From NCBI GenBank assembly GCA_013426185.1, contig CP058602.1, positions 628,549-692,548 of the forward strand: a DNA stretch of 64,000 bases, given 5' to 3'. Position 1 is the first letter of the stretch. Each line of letters begins with the position of its first letter. The notes beneath the pieces are model-generated. The model saw nothing but the letters and a program-made list of their open reading frames with translations, was not told where the DNA came from and did not search any database. Both the position numbers and the translations under genes were made by a program. Source of the DNA: Candidatus Woesebacteria bacterium. GTDB taxonomy: Bacteria > Patescibacteriota > Microgenomatia > UBA8517. Below are positions 28,469 to 38,148 of this stretch, one piece after another.

Positions 28469-30070
28469 TTATTTTACTTGGCCCATAGCGCGGAGCATGT
28501 CAAAGAATTTTTTACCTCTAGCTGTTCCTTCTGGAATCGCTTTTCCTTGTGGAATAGACTTGTATCTAATTTCGCTTTCTGTGGCTGTATATTGAAGTCC
28601 CATTTTACCAACTCCTACGGCCGGCGCCACAGCCTCGCCGATTGCAGTTCCATAAGCAAATGGCTTGCCTTCTATCATACTCTTTATTATATCAGCTACT
28701 TTGGGAATCATCATATAGATCGCGAAACTTGCAAGCATCCAGAGGAACCTCCCACTGTTTGTGCCCCAAGTTAAAGGCGGGTCCCAGTTTGTAGTTGATT
28801 CTAGAGCCCTGGGTGATATTTGAAAAGGTGCCGCGCGTGCCAGAAAATCACCAACGGTGGAGCCGCCTGTTGCCTGAACAGCAAAAAAGAAGGCGAGAAA
28901 GAACATTACTCCTACGGTTGGATAAACAGCAAGATTGGCAATAAAATTTTTAGCCCACTGCCCAAATCCTCCTCCTATCGGACTAACTATTCCAATCAAG
29001 ATTTGTAAAGGAGCAGCAACAATTGAAAGGATTATTGATACATAGGTTTTTATCATCAGCCACAGAATTTTGAAAGAATTAAAGATAGTTGCTATTAGAA
29101 CTACAAAGAAAAAGAGGATGAGAAGGAAACCGCCAAAGAATCCTGCCGAGAAGATTGTGGCTATAGTGCCAAGCAAAAACATTAACACATAGTGCCAAGA
29201 AAGAACTAAAACATTTCTATCACTTGTTAGATCCTTAAATAGATCTATGGCCGAATAGCCTGAATCTACTAGCCCAGAAGCCTTTATGATTGAAGAGGTT
29301 ATCCCTATGACAACATACATCAAATCTATTAAGAAACCTGCAATTGCGTAGGAAAAGGTTATTAAGACAAGACCGATCACTACTTTAGGAAGAGCTGACT
29401 GAACGGTTATAACGGCTTGGGGAGATATTTTAACCCTGAACATTATCATCAAAGCAAAAGCAATGATAATTATAATCAGAAGGCCGTAAGATATATTTCT
29501 TGTTGCTTGCCACAGCCTTTGTACAGCTGCTCCGCCTGAAGTATAGCCAAAGCCTTGAGCTTTAGCTTCAGGCAAGCTGGTTAGTTTTGAAATTTTTCTT
29601 AAGAGATATCCGGTCCCTGAGAGTTCGTTATTGTAAAGGAAGGAATAGAGAGAAAAGTTGTGGTCCCTTGCTAGTTGGGTTCCTGTTTCGTTATCGGTTA
29701 TTAGCCTTATGGGAAAAGAGAAGAAGTTGTACATTCTTTCTATCACTTCCTTTAGGACTTGGACAGCCCCTGTAATACAACTTCCTAGGTCAGCGGAGAA
29801 GACGCAGATCCAGGGTTCTGGTCGCCCTAAGGTAAGAGCGGTCATCATGTGAGCTGGTATGGAATAAAATATCCAATTGACTTGTGCTGCTGTATATCTT
29901 TCTCCGAAAATCTCGGTTGGGTTTGAGACATCAAACGTTTTTACGTACCATTCGGGGTAGTCTTGGTGAAACCATAAATTATCAGCAGCGAAAGCTTGAG
30001 AGGATGAAGCGGGAAGAATGAAAATGGCAATTAAAATCGAGATGATTATTTTTTTAATAGTTTTTTTCAT
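28469..30070 (-). CDS. Polytopic membrane protein, VirB6/TrbL-like
   Basis: Signal peptide, WQATRNISY...FALMIMFR...LITFSYAIAGFLID, many TMs; T4SS context. Confidence 0.65.
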   Translation of the reverse strand: MKKTIKKIIISILIAIFILPASSSQAFAADNLWFHQDYPEWYVKTFDVSNPTEIFGERYTAAQVNWIFYSIPAHMMTALTLGRPEPWICVFSADLGSCITGAVQVLKEVIERMYNFFSFPIRLITDNETGTQLARDHNFSLYSFLYNNELSGTGYLLRKISKLTSLPEAKAQGFGYTSGGAAVQRLWQATRNISYGLLIIIIIAFALMIMFRVKISPQAVITVQSALPKVVIGLVLITFSYAIAGFLIDLMYVVIGITSSIIKASGLVDSGYSAIDLFKDLTSDRNVLVLSWHYVLMFLLGTIATIFSAGFFGGFLLILFFFVVLIATIFNSFKILWLMIKTYVSIILSIVAAPLQILIGIVSPIGGGFGQWAKNFIANLAVYPTVGVMFFLAFFFAVQATGGSTVGDFLARAAPFQISPRALESTTNWDPPLTWGTNSGRFLWMLASFAIYMMIPKVADIIKSMIEGKPFAYGTAIGEAVAPAVGVGKMGLQYTATESEIRYKSIPQGKAIPEGTARGKKFFDMLRAMGQVK

Positions 30071-30136
30071 TTTTTAAAAAGTGTCCTACCTTTTATTTTA
30101 GAGCGATTTTGGTCTTAAAGGCAATAGGCAGTTGGT

Positions 30137-30652
30137 TCAGGGATTTTTATTTTCGCAAAAACTTAGACCATAATTTTTTCCTGCATATTCTGGATTAGCA
30201 TAACTTGGTGTTGTGATATTTACTTTAAGGTAGCAAGCTTCTTGTTGACTAATTTTCAATTTATCAAGCAATGCTTTTTCGGCTTCAGTTCTAATTTCAT
30301 CAAACGGAGAACTGAGTATAGATATAAGAAATGAATTATCAACAGGAATATACATTATTTGGTAATCCTTTTTATCGATAAATTTAGCAAAACCATCCTT
30401 TTTAATTTCAGTTGCTTCTCTATAAAAATTGTTGACCTCTATCCCTGAAATTTTTATTTTTGGCGACTCTTGATCAATTTTTGTTTCCAAATCTTTTGGC
30501 AAAAAGGGGGAAGTTGTGGGTTGTATGGTTTTTTGGGGCTCGGTAATTTCGCTTTTGGGATAGGGAATAAAAATTCCTATTAAAGCAAAAACAGCTACAG
30601 CGAGAAAAGAAAAGATCAGAATTTTGTTTTTGTCAATTTTTTTTATGGGCAT
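30137..30652 (-). CDS. Hypothetical membrane-anchored protein
   Basis: N-terminal TM, C-terminal Cys pair; overlaps the upstream gene. Confidence 0.65.
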   Translation of the reverse strand: MPIKKIDKNKILIFSFLAVAVFALIGIFIPYPKSEITEPQKTIQPTTSPFLPKDLETKIDQESPKIKISGIEVNNFYREATEIKKDGFAKFIDKKDYQIMYIPVDNSFLISILSSPFDEIRTEAEKALLDKLKISQQEACYLKVNITTPSYANPEYAGKNYGLSFCENKNP

Positions 30653-32985
30653 TTTGATATATCAAGGCCACAAGCTTTAGCTGCGTTTATCCATGGGCAC
30701 CAAGGGCTGTATCCTCTACTTTTCAAGTCTTTTGTCAAAGCAACAGCCTTTTGTATATTATTGGTAGGATCAAAAAACATATTAGCGCATTCAATTACTC
30801 TGTCCTTGTCCTTAATTGTACACATTGGTCGATTTTTATCAAAGGGTGTTCCACCGTCACAGTGTGCCAAAAGGTTTATTTGAAAAAGTCCGATACTGTA
30901 GTCAAAACTACTACCGCTTAAACATCCACAATTGATGGCGTCTGGGTTGCCACCACTTTCAGTGTTGCAAATACAAGACGCGGCTGCAGCATCACCTGGG
31001 TCAAAAAACTGGCTAAGATATGATTGACTACAGTATCCTCCTCCAGGAACAGCCCCACTTGGAGAGCCGCTGTTTCCTGCAGGTGAAGAAGTACAAAGAC
31101 CGGTTGGGTCTGTTCCGCCACCACTTTGTAATTCTTGCCCGACAGAGGCAATGGATTTTTCGCTACAGGCTGATGGTATCCCTCCTATTTCAATACCTCC
31201 TATGAAAGGAATCCAGCCTGGGAGTCTTATTCCTTTTGTGCAAGCGACAATTTGGTCGTGACGATCTTGTCTTGCTCTTGGCGTTACTTCATTGGCTCTG
31301 CCTGTTAGCTGAGTTGCTGGCCTTTGCGAGTTAAGAGTGTTGATTTTGATTTTGTTTTTCCACTGAATTTCTTGAGGCAAGAGCTTGTTTAGTGGACCTG
31401 AAAACGTTGTTATTCTTTTTAGATCTGCTTCCTCTTTGTGGCTTAAAGGGTCGTCTTCGGCTCTATAGAGCGTGCCGTTTAAGTACCAGCTTAGGTATTC
31501 ATTTGCGCGGTCGGCTTCGGGAATCTTCTGGCCTGTGGTTAGACCAGCTGGTGCTCCCCCAAACTCTTTAGGCCTTAGAGCAGTCTGGATGCCCAGTAGG
31601 AAATAGTCATATATGCCTCCGAGGTGGGGAAAATAAAGCTGGGGGTTTTGGGTAGAAAGGTTGGCTCCGTCGCCATTAATATTATATTCTACATTTGAGG
31701 ACGCGGGGATGTCTTTTATTTTTTCATAAGGAGAGTTGGGGCTTGTTTTTGGCATTATTCTCCTGAAAATGGACGAGTTGCCAGCAGTTGTTTTGCTCCA
31801 AATTTCATCTACAAGAGGGGTGAAAGTTTCAACCTGAGCTGATAGTTCTGCTGTATTTGTGCATTCTCCTCTGAGGGAACAAAAACCGGAAGAGCAGTCC
31901 CATACTGCTGGACAATCAAAAGAAGCTGTATATGTTATTTTGGCAGCAGGTGCGCCTGTTGACTTTTGAGCTCTTTTGTCTATTTGTTCCCCAAACAATT
32001 GATCTCCGGGGTTATAGCGCGATTCTAGAATAGTGCACCCTGATTGCTGCCTTACAGCATTAATATCGCCAGCTTTGATGCTTTGAGCTTGTCTGTTGTC
32101 TAGATTTTCTTTTGGGGCGAATGTGGATTGTAACAGTGTTGTTAGTTCTACCCCTTCCTCAAGGTGGGGAAAATAAAGGACGCCCTCTCTTGTGGTAGTG
32201 TTTTTGGTCCTCGGGTCGTCTGATTTTTGTTTCCATTCTGTTCTTAAGTTTTTTATCTCAAAATTGGTTGAGGGCATGGAGCTAAAGTCAGACAATCTTA
32301 TTTTGCCGATTCTATCTTCGGTGGAGGAATAGGGTATGTATGGAAAAAGCGCGGCCCAGAAATCTGGCTGGAGGGGGTTGTTAAAGCAGAACAGAATCTT
32401 GAAACCAATTATTGGTATAGTTACCTCTGCGCAGGTTTTACCTCTCCATTCCTGGTATGCTGCATAATAGTCTTTCAGATTTGAATATCGAGAGGGGTCT
32501 GGTGGCAAACGGTCTTTCCATTCTGCTAGTCTTTTCTCGTTTTCTCCAAGAGACGATGTTTTTCCCCGAGGAACAAGTTCCGTGTTGCCTGCTATTGGCA
32601 GTTCGGAATTAAAAGCATTGACCGAAATCTCGACCTCCTTTGGAACGTTGCAATGGCAGGTAGTGTTTGAATTCCCTGAAGCGGCTTGAGGGGGGTCGCA
32701 TCGGCAATGGGAACTGTTAACATTGGTTGTAAAGGTTTGCCTTATGACGAAATCTTTTCCACAAAGCAGAGATTGCTCTTCATCCTTGATGGGTACTTGG
32801 CAGGGGCTTGCTTGATAAGGCCTTAAAGAGTGCCACTCTGGTTTTTTGGTTTGATCGCAGGGAACGTAGGGTTCGGGAATTGGGGCAGGGTTGGTAGCGT
32901 AGACTTTTTGGGTAGAAGATAGAAAAGCTAATAGGAAAAAGAGAGAAAAAACAAAACTAAGTCTTTTTTTGAATAAACCTGGCAT
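30643..32985 (-). CDS. Secreted Cys-rich protein with C-terminal lytic transglycosylase/lysozyme-like domain
   Basis: Signal peptide; ICNTESGGNP and SIGLFQINL SLT-type motifs. Confidence 0.75.
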   Translation of the reverse strand: MPGLFKKRLSFVFSLFFLLAFLSSTQKVYATNPAPIPEPYVPCDQTKKPEWHSLRPYQASPCQVPIKDEEQSLLCGKDFVIRQTFTTNVNSSHCRCDPPQAASGNSNTTCHCNVPKEVEISVNAFNSELPIAGNTELVPRGKTSSLGENEKRLAEWKDRLPPDPSRYSNLKDYYAAYQEWRGKTCAEVTIPIIGFKILFCFNNPLQPDFWAALFPYIPYSSTEDRIGKIRLSDFSSMPSTNFEIKNLRTEWKQKSDDPRTKNTTTREGVLYFPHLEEGVELTTLLQSTFAPKENLDNRQAQSIKAGDINAVRQQSGCTILESRYNPGDQLFGEQIDKRAQKSTGAPAAKITYTASFDCPAVWDCSSGFCSLRGECTNTAELSAQVETFTPLVDEIWSKTTAGNSSIFRRIMPKTSPNSPYEKIKDIPASSNVEYNINGDGANLSTQNPQLYFPHLGGIYDYFLLGIQTALRPKEFGGAPAGLTTGQKIPEADRANEYLSWYLNGTLYRAEDDPLSHKEEADLKRITTFSGPLNKLLPQEIQWKNKIKINTLNSQRPATQLTGRANEVTPRARQDRHDQIVACTKGIRLPGWIPFIGGIEIGGIPSACSEKSIASVGQELQSGGGTDPTGLCTSSPAGNSGSPSGAVPGGGYCSQSYLSQFFDPGDAAAASCICNTESGGNPDAINCGCLSGSSFDYSIGLFQINLLAHCDGGTPFDKNRPMCTIKDKDRVIECANMFFDPTNNIQKAVALTKDLKSRGYSPWCPWINAAKACGLDISKCP

Positions 32986-33027
32986 TTGTTATGATTTTAA
33001 AGCTAAAACGTGAGGAAGTAAAGCTTG

Positions 33028-33330
33028 TTATTCCTGATAGATGATTTTGAATTGGGTAACGTCTACTCCTGTGAATTGATAAATTAACTTAAGTATTAAA
33101 AAAGACATTGCAAGAAGTACGATGCCAAAGATGGCGTAAGTTATGGTTTTTTTTGCTGCTTCTGCTTGCTGAGGGTTGCCTCCTGCAGTTATATAGTTAA
33201 ATCCGCCAACAATAAGCATTATAAAGAGGACTATTCCTGCAAATTCAAGCGCTACTTTTACTATGTTTCCAAAATAAGTTTCAATGTCTGATAGCTTTGC
33301 TGGTGGTTCTGCTGTTGTTGTTGATTCCAT
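33028..33330 (-). CDS. TrbC/VirB2-like pilin
   Basis: GGFNYITAGGN...AKKTITYAIFG. Confidence 0.8.
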   Translation of the reverse strand: MESTTTAEPPAKLSDIETYFGNIVKVALEFAGIVLFIMLIVGGFNYITAGGNPQQAEAAKKTITYAIFGIVLLAMSFLILKLIYQFTGVDVTQFKIIYQE

Positions 33331-33377
33331 CAGAGACGATTATAGCAAAAGCAGTAAAAAAAAAGAAGCTTGAGACT

Positions 33378-33773
33378 TTATTGATTAACAGTAGGAATCT
33401 GAAGGTTAAAAATGTTAACACCAAAGAAGGTTCCAATTAAGCCAGCTATTGCCCAAGCGGCAAAGACAATAACCAAGCCAACCAAGGCAGCAGTAATTTG
33501 AGCTCTAGCTTGTTCTGTTTGACCTTTATCGCCACCCGAGATAATCCAACGTATTCCGCCGATTACCAAAATAAAGAAGAAAACAATTGCTGCAATAACC
33601 AAAGCCAGTTTTAGAAGACCCGCAATAATACCTCCTATGGTTAGGTTAGCGACAGTTCCAGCTAACTGGTCGTTTGTTGGTTTTAAGTTTATTGTATTTC
33701 CTTGAGCCAAGACTTCTAGAGCTAAGCTTTTCATATTTCCCATATTATCTAATTTTTGTATTGTTTTTGTCAA
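33378..33773 (-). CDS. TrbC/VirB2-like pilin (start may be a downstream ATG)
   Basis: GGIRWIISGGDK...ARAQITAALVG. Confidence 0.8.
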   Translation of the reverse strand: MTKTIQKLDNMGNMKSLALEVLAQGNTINLKPTNDQLAGTVANLTIGGIIAGLLKLALVIAAIVFFFILVIGGIRWIISGGDKGQTEQARAQITAALVGLVIVFAAWAIAGLIGTFFGVNIFNLQIPTVNQ

Positions 33774-33780
33774 GAGGGGA

Positions 33781-34140
33781 ATTGGTCGAAGCTAATCGGA
33801 AGACTGTATTTAGTATTTTGTATTATGTATTATGGGAAATCCAAGTAGTAAGTAGAACGTAGTAAGTAGAAAGCAAAATTAATAAATAGTTAAAAGTTCA
33901 AAGTGCAAAATTCAAAGTTGGAATTTATTTGTTTGGAATTTGTAATTTGGAATTTGCCTGCCCTGAACCGAATTTATTCTGGTTCAGGGTTTAGAATTTA
34001 GATATTAGAATTTAGGATTTGGACCTTGTAATTTGGAGCTTGGAATTTGTTTGTAATTTGTATATTGGAATTTGTGATTTAATTCTATAATCTATAATCC
34101 AAAATCTATAATCTAATCATCAAGTTTTGATTTTGAGTTA
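33781..34140. repeat. Intergenic mosaic array B (inverted, collinear copy of array A)
   Basis: 33850-33904 is the exact 55-nt reverse complement of 6800-6854; module order matches A. Confidence 0.9.
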
Positions 34141-34148
34141 ATCCGTCT

Positions 34149-34472
34149 CTATTCAAGAAAATTTATCCTTAATTCTAGAAGTTTAATTCCAAAGAAGTTC
34201 TCAAGTATATAAATTATAGCGAAAAGAGAAAGAAGAATGACTAGTCCAATGACAGCGTTGGTTATTTTGCTTTTTGCTGATTCGATGGCTGCTTTATCTC
34301 CTCCTGAAATAATCCATTGAATAGCGCCCACAATAATTATGGCTACGAAGATAATGGCGCCAACAATAAAACTTAGACTGATTAAATTTGGCAAGAGCTT
34401 GTTAAAAAACTCAGTTCCTGAAAGGTTTCTGACACCTTCTCCTAGAGCTGGATTTTTAATACCTTGGTCCAT
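34149..34472 (-). CDS. TrbC/VirB2-like pilin
   Basis: GAIQWIISGGDK...AKSKITNAVIG. Confidence 0.8.
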   Translation of the reverse strand: MDQGIKNPALGEGVRNLSGTEFFNKLLPNLISLSFIVGAIIFVAIIIVGAIQWIISGGDKAAIESAKSKITNAVIGLVILLSLFAIIYILENFFGIKLLELRINFLE

Positions 34473-34475
34473 AAG

Positions 34476-34856
34476 TTATTTCCAAATGTTTTCAACAAAC
34501 TGAGCTGGATTGAGAATTAGGCTAATACCCAAGATTTTTCCCACCAGTTCGATCAGAAAGATGGAAGCGACAACAACGACAAGACCTATAAGAGCGTTAA
34601 ATATTCTTTTTCTGGCTGATTCAAGAGCTCCTTTGTCTCCACCTGATGAGATCATTGCAATTGCACCTGAAACGAAAACAAAAATAAACCAGAGCCCAGC
34701 GACAATAGTTAAAACACCTATAACTCCTGAAATGAAGGAGTTAAAAATGGTTGGGGCAGTTTCAGGGTTGCTTTGTTCAAGACCCAGCCTGCCAAAGCCC
34801 TTAAAGCCCTCATTTGGCGAAAGCGGTATGTCTGCAGCAATTAGTTTTGAGATCAT
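34476..34856 (-). CDS. TrbC/VirB2-like pilin
   Basis: GAIAMISSGGDK...ARKRIFNALIG. Confidence 0.8.
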   Translation of the reverse strand: MISKLIAADIPLSPNEGFKGFGRLGLEQSNPETAPTIFNSFISGVIGVLTIVAGLWFIFVFVSGAIAMISSGGDKGALESARKRIFNALIGLVVVVASIFLIELVGKILGISLILNPAQFVENIWK

Positions 34857-35188
34857 AGGCTTGGAATTTTAGGTCTAAGCAAGAAAAAGTAATCGTTGAA
34901 AACCAATTTTCCAAAAATAGCTGCCAAAACAAAAGAGCCAGCTGCAACAGCAAGGCCTAAAAGTGTTTGCCAAATTTTTGCCCAAGCACTTGCTACTTTT
35001 TTAGGATCATCGCTTGCTGAAATGAAAGCATAACCGGCTAGAATTAAATTAATCAAAGCATAAATGCCGGCAATGATTATTAAAGTTCTGAGAATTAAGT
35101 CCAAAAGCTTGCCTATAGCTCCACTTTCAACCGAGCCAAACTTGCTGATTGCTTCAGGTGAATTTATTGGTCCAAAGACTTGTAACAT
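34853..35188 (-). CDS. TrbC/VirB2-like pilin
   Basis: AGYAFISASDDPKK...AWAKIWQTLLG. Confidence 0.78.
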   Translation of the reverse strand: MLQVFGPINSPEAISKFGSVESGAIGKLLDLILRTLIIIAGIYALINLILAGYAFISASDDPKKVASAWAKIWQTLLGLAVAAGSFVLAAIFGKLVFNDYFFLLRPKIPSL

Positions 35189-35192
35189 AAGA

Positions 35193-35513
35193 CTAAATTG
35201 TCGGCTGGGTAATAAAATTGTTACCAGTTATTATTTCAATAATTCTTATTACCCAGTACGCTCCAAATATTATTATAAACCCTATTATAGCAGTTGTGAC
35301 AGCTTTTTTCCCTTTTTCAATTTTTTGAGGATCGGAGGAGCCCGCGCCTGAAATTAGAGAGATTCCGGCGAAGATAAAAAGAAACAAGATTATTATGCCA
35401 CTAACAGCAAAAGATGCGTTTAAGATTAGTGTTATGAGGTCTCCTATTCCTTTGGTGTTGCCAAAAGGAGAACCAAAAGTACTTCCTATGTCAATTGCTA
35501 AGCTTTTCATCAT
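35193..35513 (-). CDS. TrbC/VirB2-like pilin
   Basis: AGISLISGAGSSDPQK...GKKAVTTAIIG. Confidence 0.78.
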   Translation of the reverse strand: MMKSLAIDIGSTFGSPFGNTKGIGDLITLILNASFAVSGIIILFLFIFAGISLISGAGSSDPQKIEKGKKAVTTAIIGFIIIFGAYWVIRIIEIITGNNFITQPTI

Positions 35514-35830
35514 TATTGGAACGTTTGTCTTATTTTATCAAGTCCTAAAACAGCAGCTACTATCTGCACAATCCAGTAGGATGCAAAAATTATAACAAAA
35601 CCAATTAGAGCTTGGGTAATTTTGCTTTGTGCTTCCTGCGCTTTTTTAGGATCGCCTGCTGAAGTTAAATACTGAAACCCGCCAAGAATCAGGTAGATGA
35701 GAAGAAGAATTCCGGCGACAGCAAAAATGTATTTTAAAGATTCACCAACTATTGTACCCACATTTCCACCCGCAAACTTGAGTCCGATACTGCCTTCTAA
35801 TTGTTGATAATTAACTTGAGCTAGGTTCAT
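35513..35830 (-). CDS. TrbC/VirB2-like pilin
   Basis: GGFQYLTSAGDPKK...AQSKITQALIG. Confidence 0.8.
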   Translation of the reverse strand: MNLAQVNYQQLEGSIGLKFAGGNVGTIVGESLKYIFAVAGILLLIYLILGGFQYLTSAGDPKKAQEAQSKITQALIGFVIIFASYWIVQIVAAVLGLDKIRQTFQ

Positions 35831-35835
35831 AGTTT

Positions 35836-36375
35836 TTACGATAAACCTGGAATCTTAAGTATACTAACTCCAATTACTCTTAAAATAAAAACAGAAAAAA
35901 TCAAAAGGATTAATCCCATTATAGCCGAACTTAGAAGTTCTTTTCCTGCCTGAAGCCTTTTAGGGTCTCCTTGCGATGTCATAATTTGAAATGAGGCGAT
36001 AATAATTAAGATAAAAGCTATTCCTCCTGCAATACCAATCGCCCATTTAAGTATAAATTCTATCATTCCCTGCTGCTCAATTGGGATACAACCAATGGCG
36101 GTATCAATACAGTCGCCTTTTAGGGCAGAGATACCAGCAGCAGGATTGGCAACCCCTCTTGGTAGGGGTACTATGGTCGAATTGGGGTCGTCTTGACAAT
36201 AGCCATTTACACAGATCAAGCCAGTTTGACAGGAGTCGGGCGGGCCTCCAGCTAAGTTGCAGCATCTCTCCCCAATTAGACCGCATTGAATTGGAGATTG
36301 TGCTGAAACTTTTCCTTGCGCCAGGGACAACAAAAGAAATAAGCTGGCAAGGAAGGTAATTATATTTTTTCTCAT
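35836..36375 (-). CDS. TrbC/VirB2-like pilin with Cys-rich N-terminal extension
   Basis: Signal peptide, Cys-rich module, IDTAIGCIP, IMTSQGDPKR...GKELLSSAIMG. Confidence 0.78.
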   Translation of the reverse strand: MRKNIITFLASLFLLLSLAQGKVSAQSPIQCGLIGERCCNLAGGPPDSCQTGLICVNGYCQDDPNSTIVPLPRGVANPAAGISALKGDCIDTAIGCIPIEQQGMIEFILKWAIGIAGGIAFILIIIASFQIMTSQGDPKRLQAGKELLSSAIMGLILLIFSVFILRVIGVSILKIPGLS

Positions 36376-36438
36376 CTTCTTATTTTAACAAATTGCAAAA
36401 CATTAAAACAGTTGTAGTTGGTATAATGATCTAAGATT

Positions 36439-38118
36439 ATGACGATGTCAAAAGCCCGCTTGTTGATTTTGCTAAGAAAAGTCTTTTTTCTTTTGTTTTT
36501 GGTCTCATTTTTTTATCTTTTTAAAAATGTTGTTTTTGCTCAAACCTGTCCCACTACTGATTATGATTGCCAGATAAGAGAAATTCAAAAAGAAATTGAT
36601 CTTTTAAAACCCGCTCATGAGAAAAATAAAGCTGAGCTTGATGGTCTTAAAAAGCAACTTGCCAATCTTGATAAAAGAATTAAAAATCTTTCTTTGAAAT
36701 TGAAGGAAAATGAAGCTGAGATAGAAAAAAGGGAAGAGGATTTAGCTTATGCCAAAGAAATTTTCAATCAGAAAGCAAACAGCCATTATCGCTTTTTAAG
36801 GCTTTATGATCCGATTATTCCCTTTCTTTCAGCCCCTTTAGCCTCAGAGGCTTTTAAGGAAATTAATTTCAGGCAGAGAGCGATTGATGATGACAGGCGG
36901 ACGATGGAAAAATATGCTCAAGATCTTTTGGAACTTAAAAGTGATAGAGAAACTTTGGAGAAGAATAAGACTAGCCTTGCTTCTTTGAAAAAACAGGTTG
37001 ATGAAAGAGCTACTTTTTTGGCAGGTGAGGTTGAAAAAACAGAAAAATATTTGGCTTCTTTGTCGGCAAAACAGGAGGCAATACTTGCAGCAAAAAGCGG
37101 CAGTTTTATTGCCAGTGTTGGAGATAGTGAACTTGCGGATGATTATTATGCTTCAATCAAAGGTTTTCGTGAAGCGGCACCTCCTGGTTCCTATGCTGTT
37201 TTTGCTTTTGGCGCTTATACCCATCGCAAAGGCATGAGCCAATATGGAGCAAGAGGAAGGGCTAATTCAGGGGCAAACTACAAAGATATTCTAAGGGCTT
37301 ATTATGGCAAGGAACCGGTTAAAAAAGATACCGGTGGAACGATTAATGTTTCAGGAGTGGGAACGGTTGATTTTGAAGGATATTATCTTTTGGGAATTGC
37401 TGAAATGCCATCTACCTGGCATCCCGAAGCCTTGAAAGCTCAGGCGGTAGCAGCAAGAACTTATGCCTATCGTTATAAAGTTGAGGGAAGATCTATTTGT
37501 ACAACTGAATCTTGTCAGGTTTTTAGGAAGTCAAAAGCTGATAATTCTCCTGAGGCTTGGAGAAAAGCGGTTGAAGAAACAAGAGGGGAGGTTTTGGAAG
37601 ATGTAATTACTTTTTATTCCTCAACTGCAGGTGGGTATTTGACGACAATGGGTTGGGATACAACAGATGGCTCGGGTGGCGGAAATTTTCTTGATAAATC
37701 CTATGAGAAAATTGGTGGCTCGCCTTGGGTTTATAAGGCATGGTACACCAAAGACTATAGCCCCCAAAGTGATAAGTGTGGAAGAAGTAATCCTTGGTTA
37801 ACAAGCGAGGAATTAGCAGACATTATCAATGCCGCGCGTTATCGTGATGAAAGAGTTACCCCTGTTACAACCGCTTGTTGGGGTGGCAATCCTTATTCTT
37901 ATGAAGAATTAAGGCGAAAAGCCAATGGTCCATCAAGGGTAAATTCGGTTAGTGTAATTCAAGGTAATGGTTCAACCAGTAAGGTAATTTTTCAGACAGA
38001 TATTGGCCAAATTGAATTGTCAGCTGATGAATTCAAAACCGCCTTTAATCTTCGCGCTCCCGGTTATCTTAAAATTCCCCAGAAAGGGTACACCTTCTTT
38101 AACATTGAAAAGAAGTAG
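36439..38118 (+). CDS. Coiled-coil + SpoIID/LytB domain protein
   Basis: HRKGMSQYGA, EMPSTWHPEALKAQAVAARTY, CTTESCQVF. Confidence 0.85.
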   Translation: MTMSKARLLILLRKVFFLLFLVSFFYLFKNVVFAQTCPTTDYDCQIREIQKEIDLLKPAHEKNKAELDGLKKQLANLDKRIKNLSLKLKENEAEIEKREEDLAYAKEIFNQKANSHYRFLRLYDPIIPFLSAPLASEAFKEINFRQRAIDDDRRTMEKYAQDLLELKSDRETLEKNKTSLASLKKQVDERATFLAGEVEKTEKYLASLSAKQEAILAAKSGSFIASVGDSELADDYYASIKGFREAAPPGSYAVFAFGAYTHRKGMSQYGARGRANSGANYKDILRAYYGKEPVKKDTGGTINVSGVGTVDFEGYYLLGIAEMPSTWHPEALKAQAVAARTYAYRYKVEGRSICTTESCQVFRKSKADNSPEAWRKAVEETRGEVLEDVITFYSSTAGGYLTTMGWDTTDGSGGGNFLDKSYEKIGGSPWVYKAWYTKDYSPQSDKCGRSNPWLTSEELADIINAARYRDERVTPVTTACWGGNPYSYEELRRKANGPSRVNSVSVIQGNGSTSKVIFQTDIGQIELSADEFKTAFNLRAPGYLKIPQKGYTFFNIEKK

Positions 38119-38148
38119 TTTTGTGTATAAAAGTGGTATAATTGGCAT

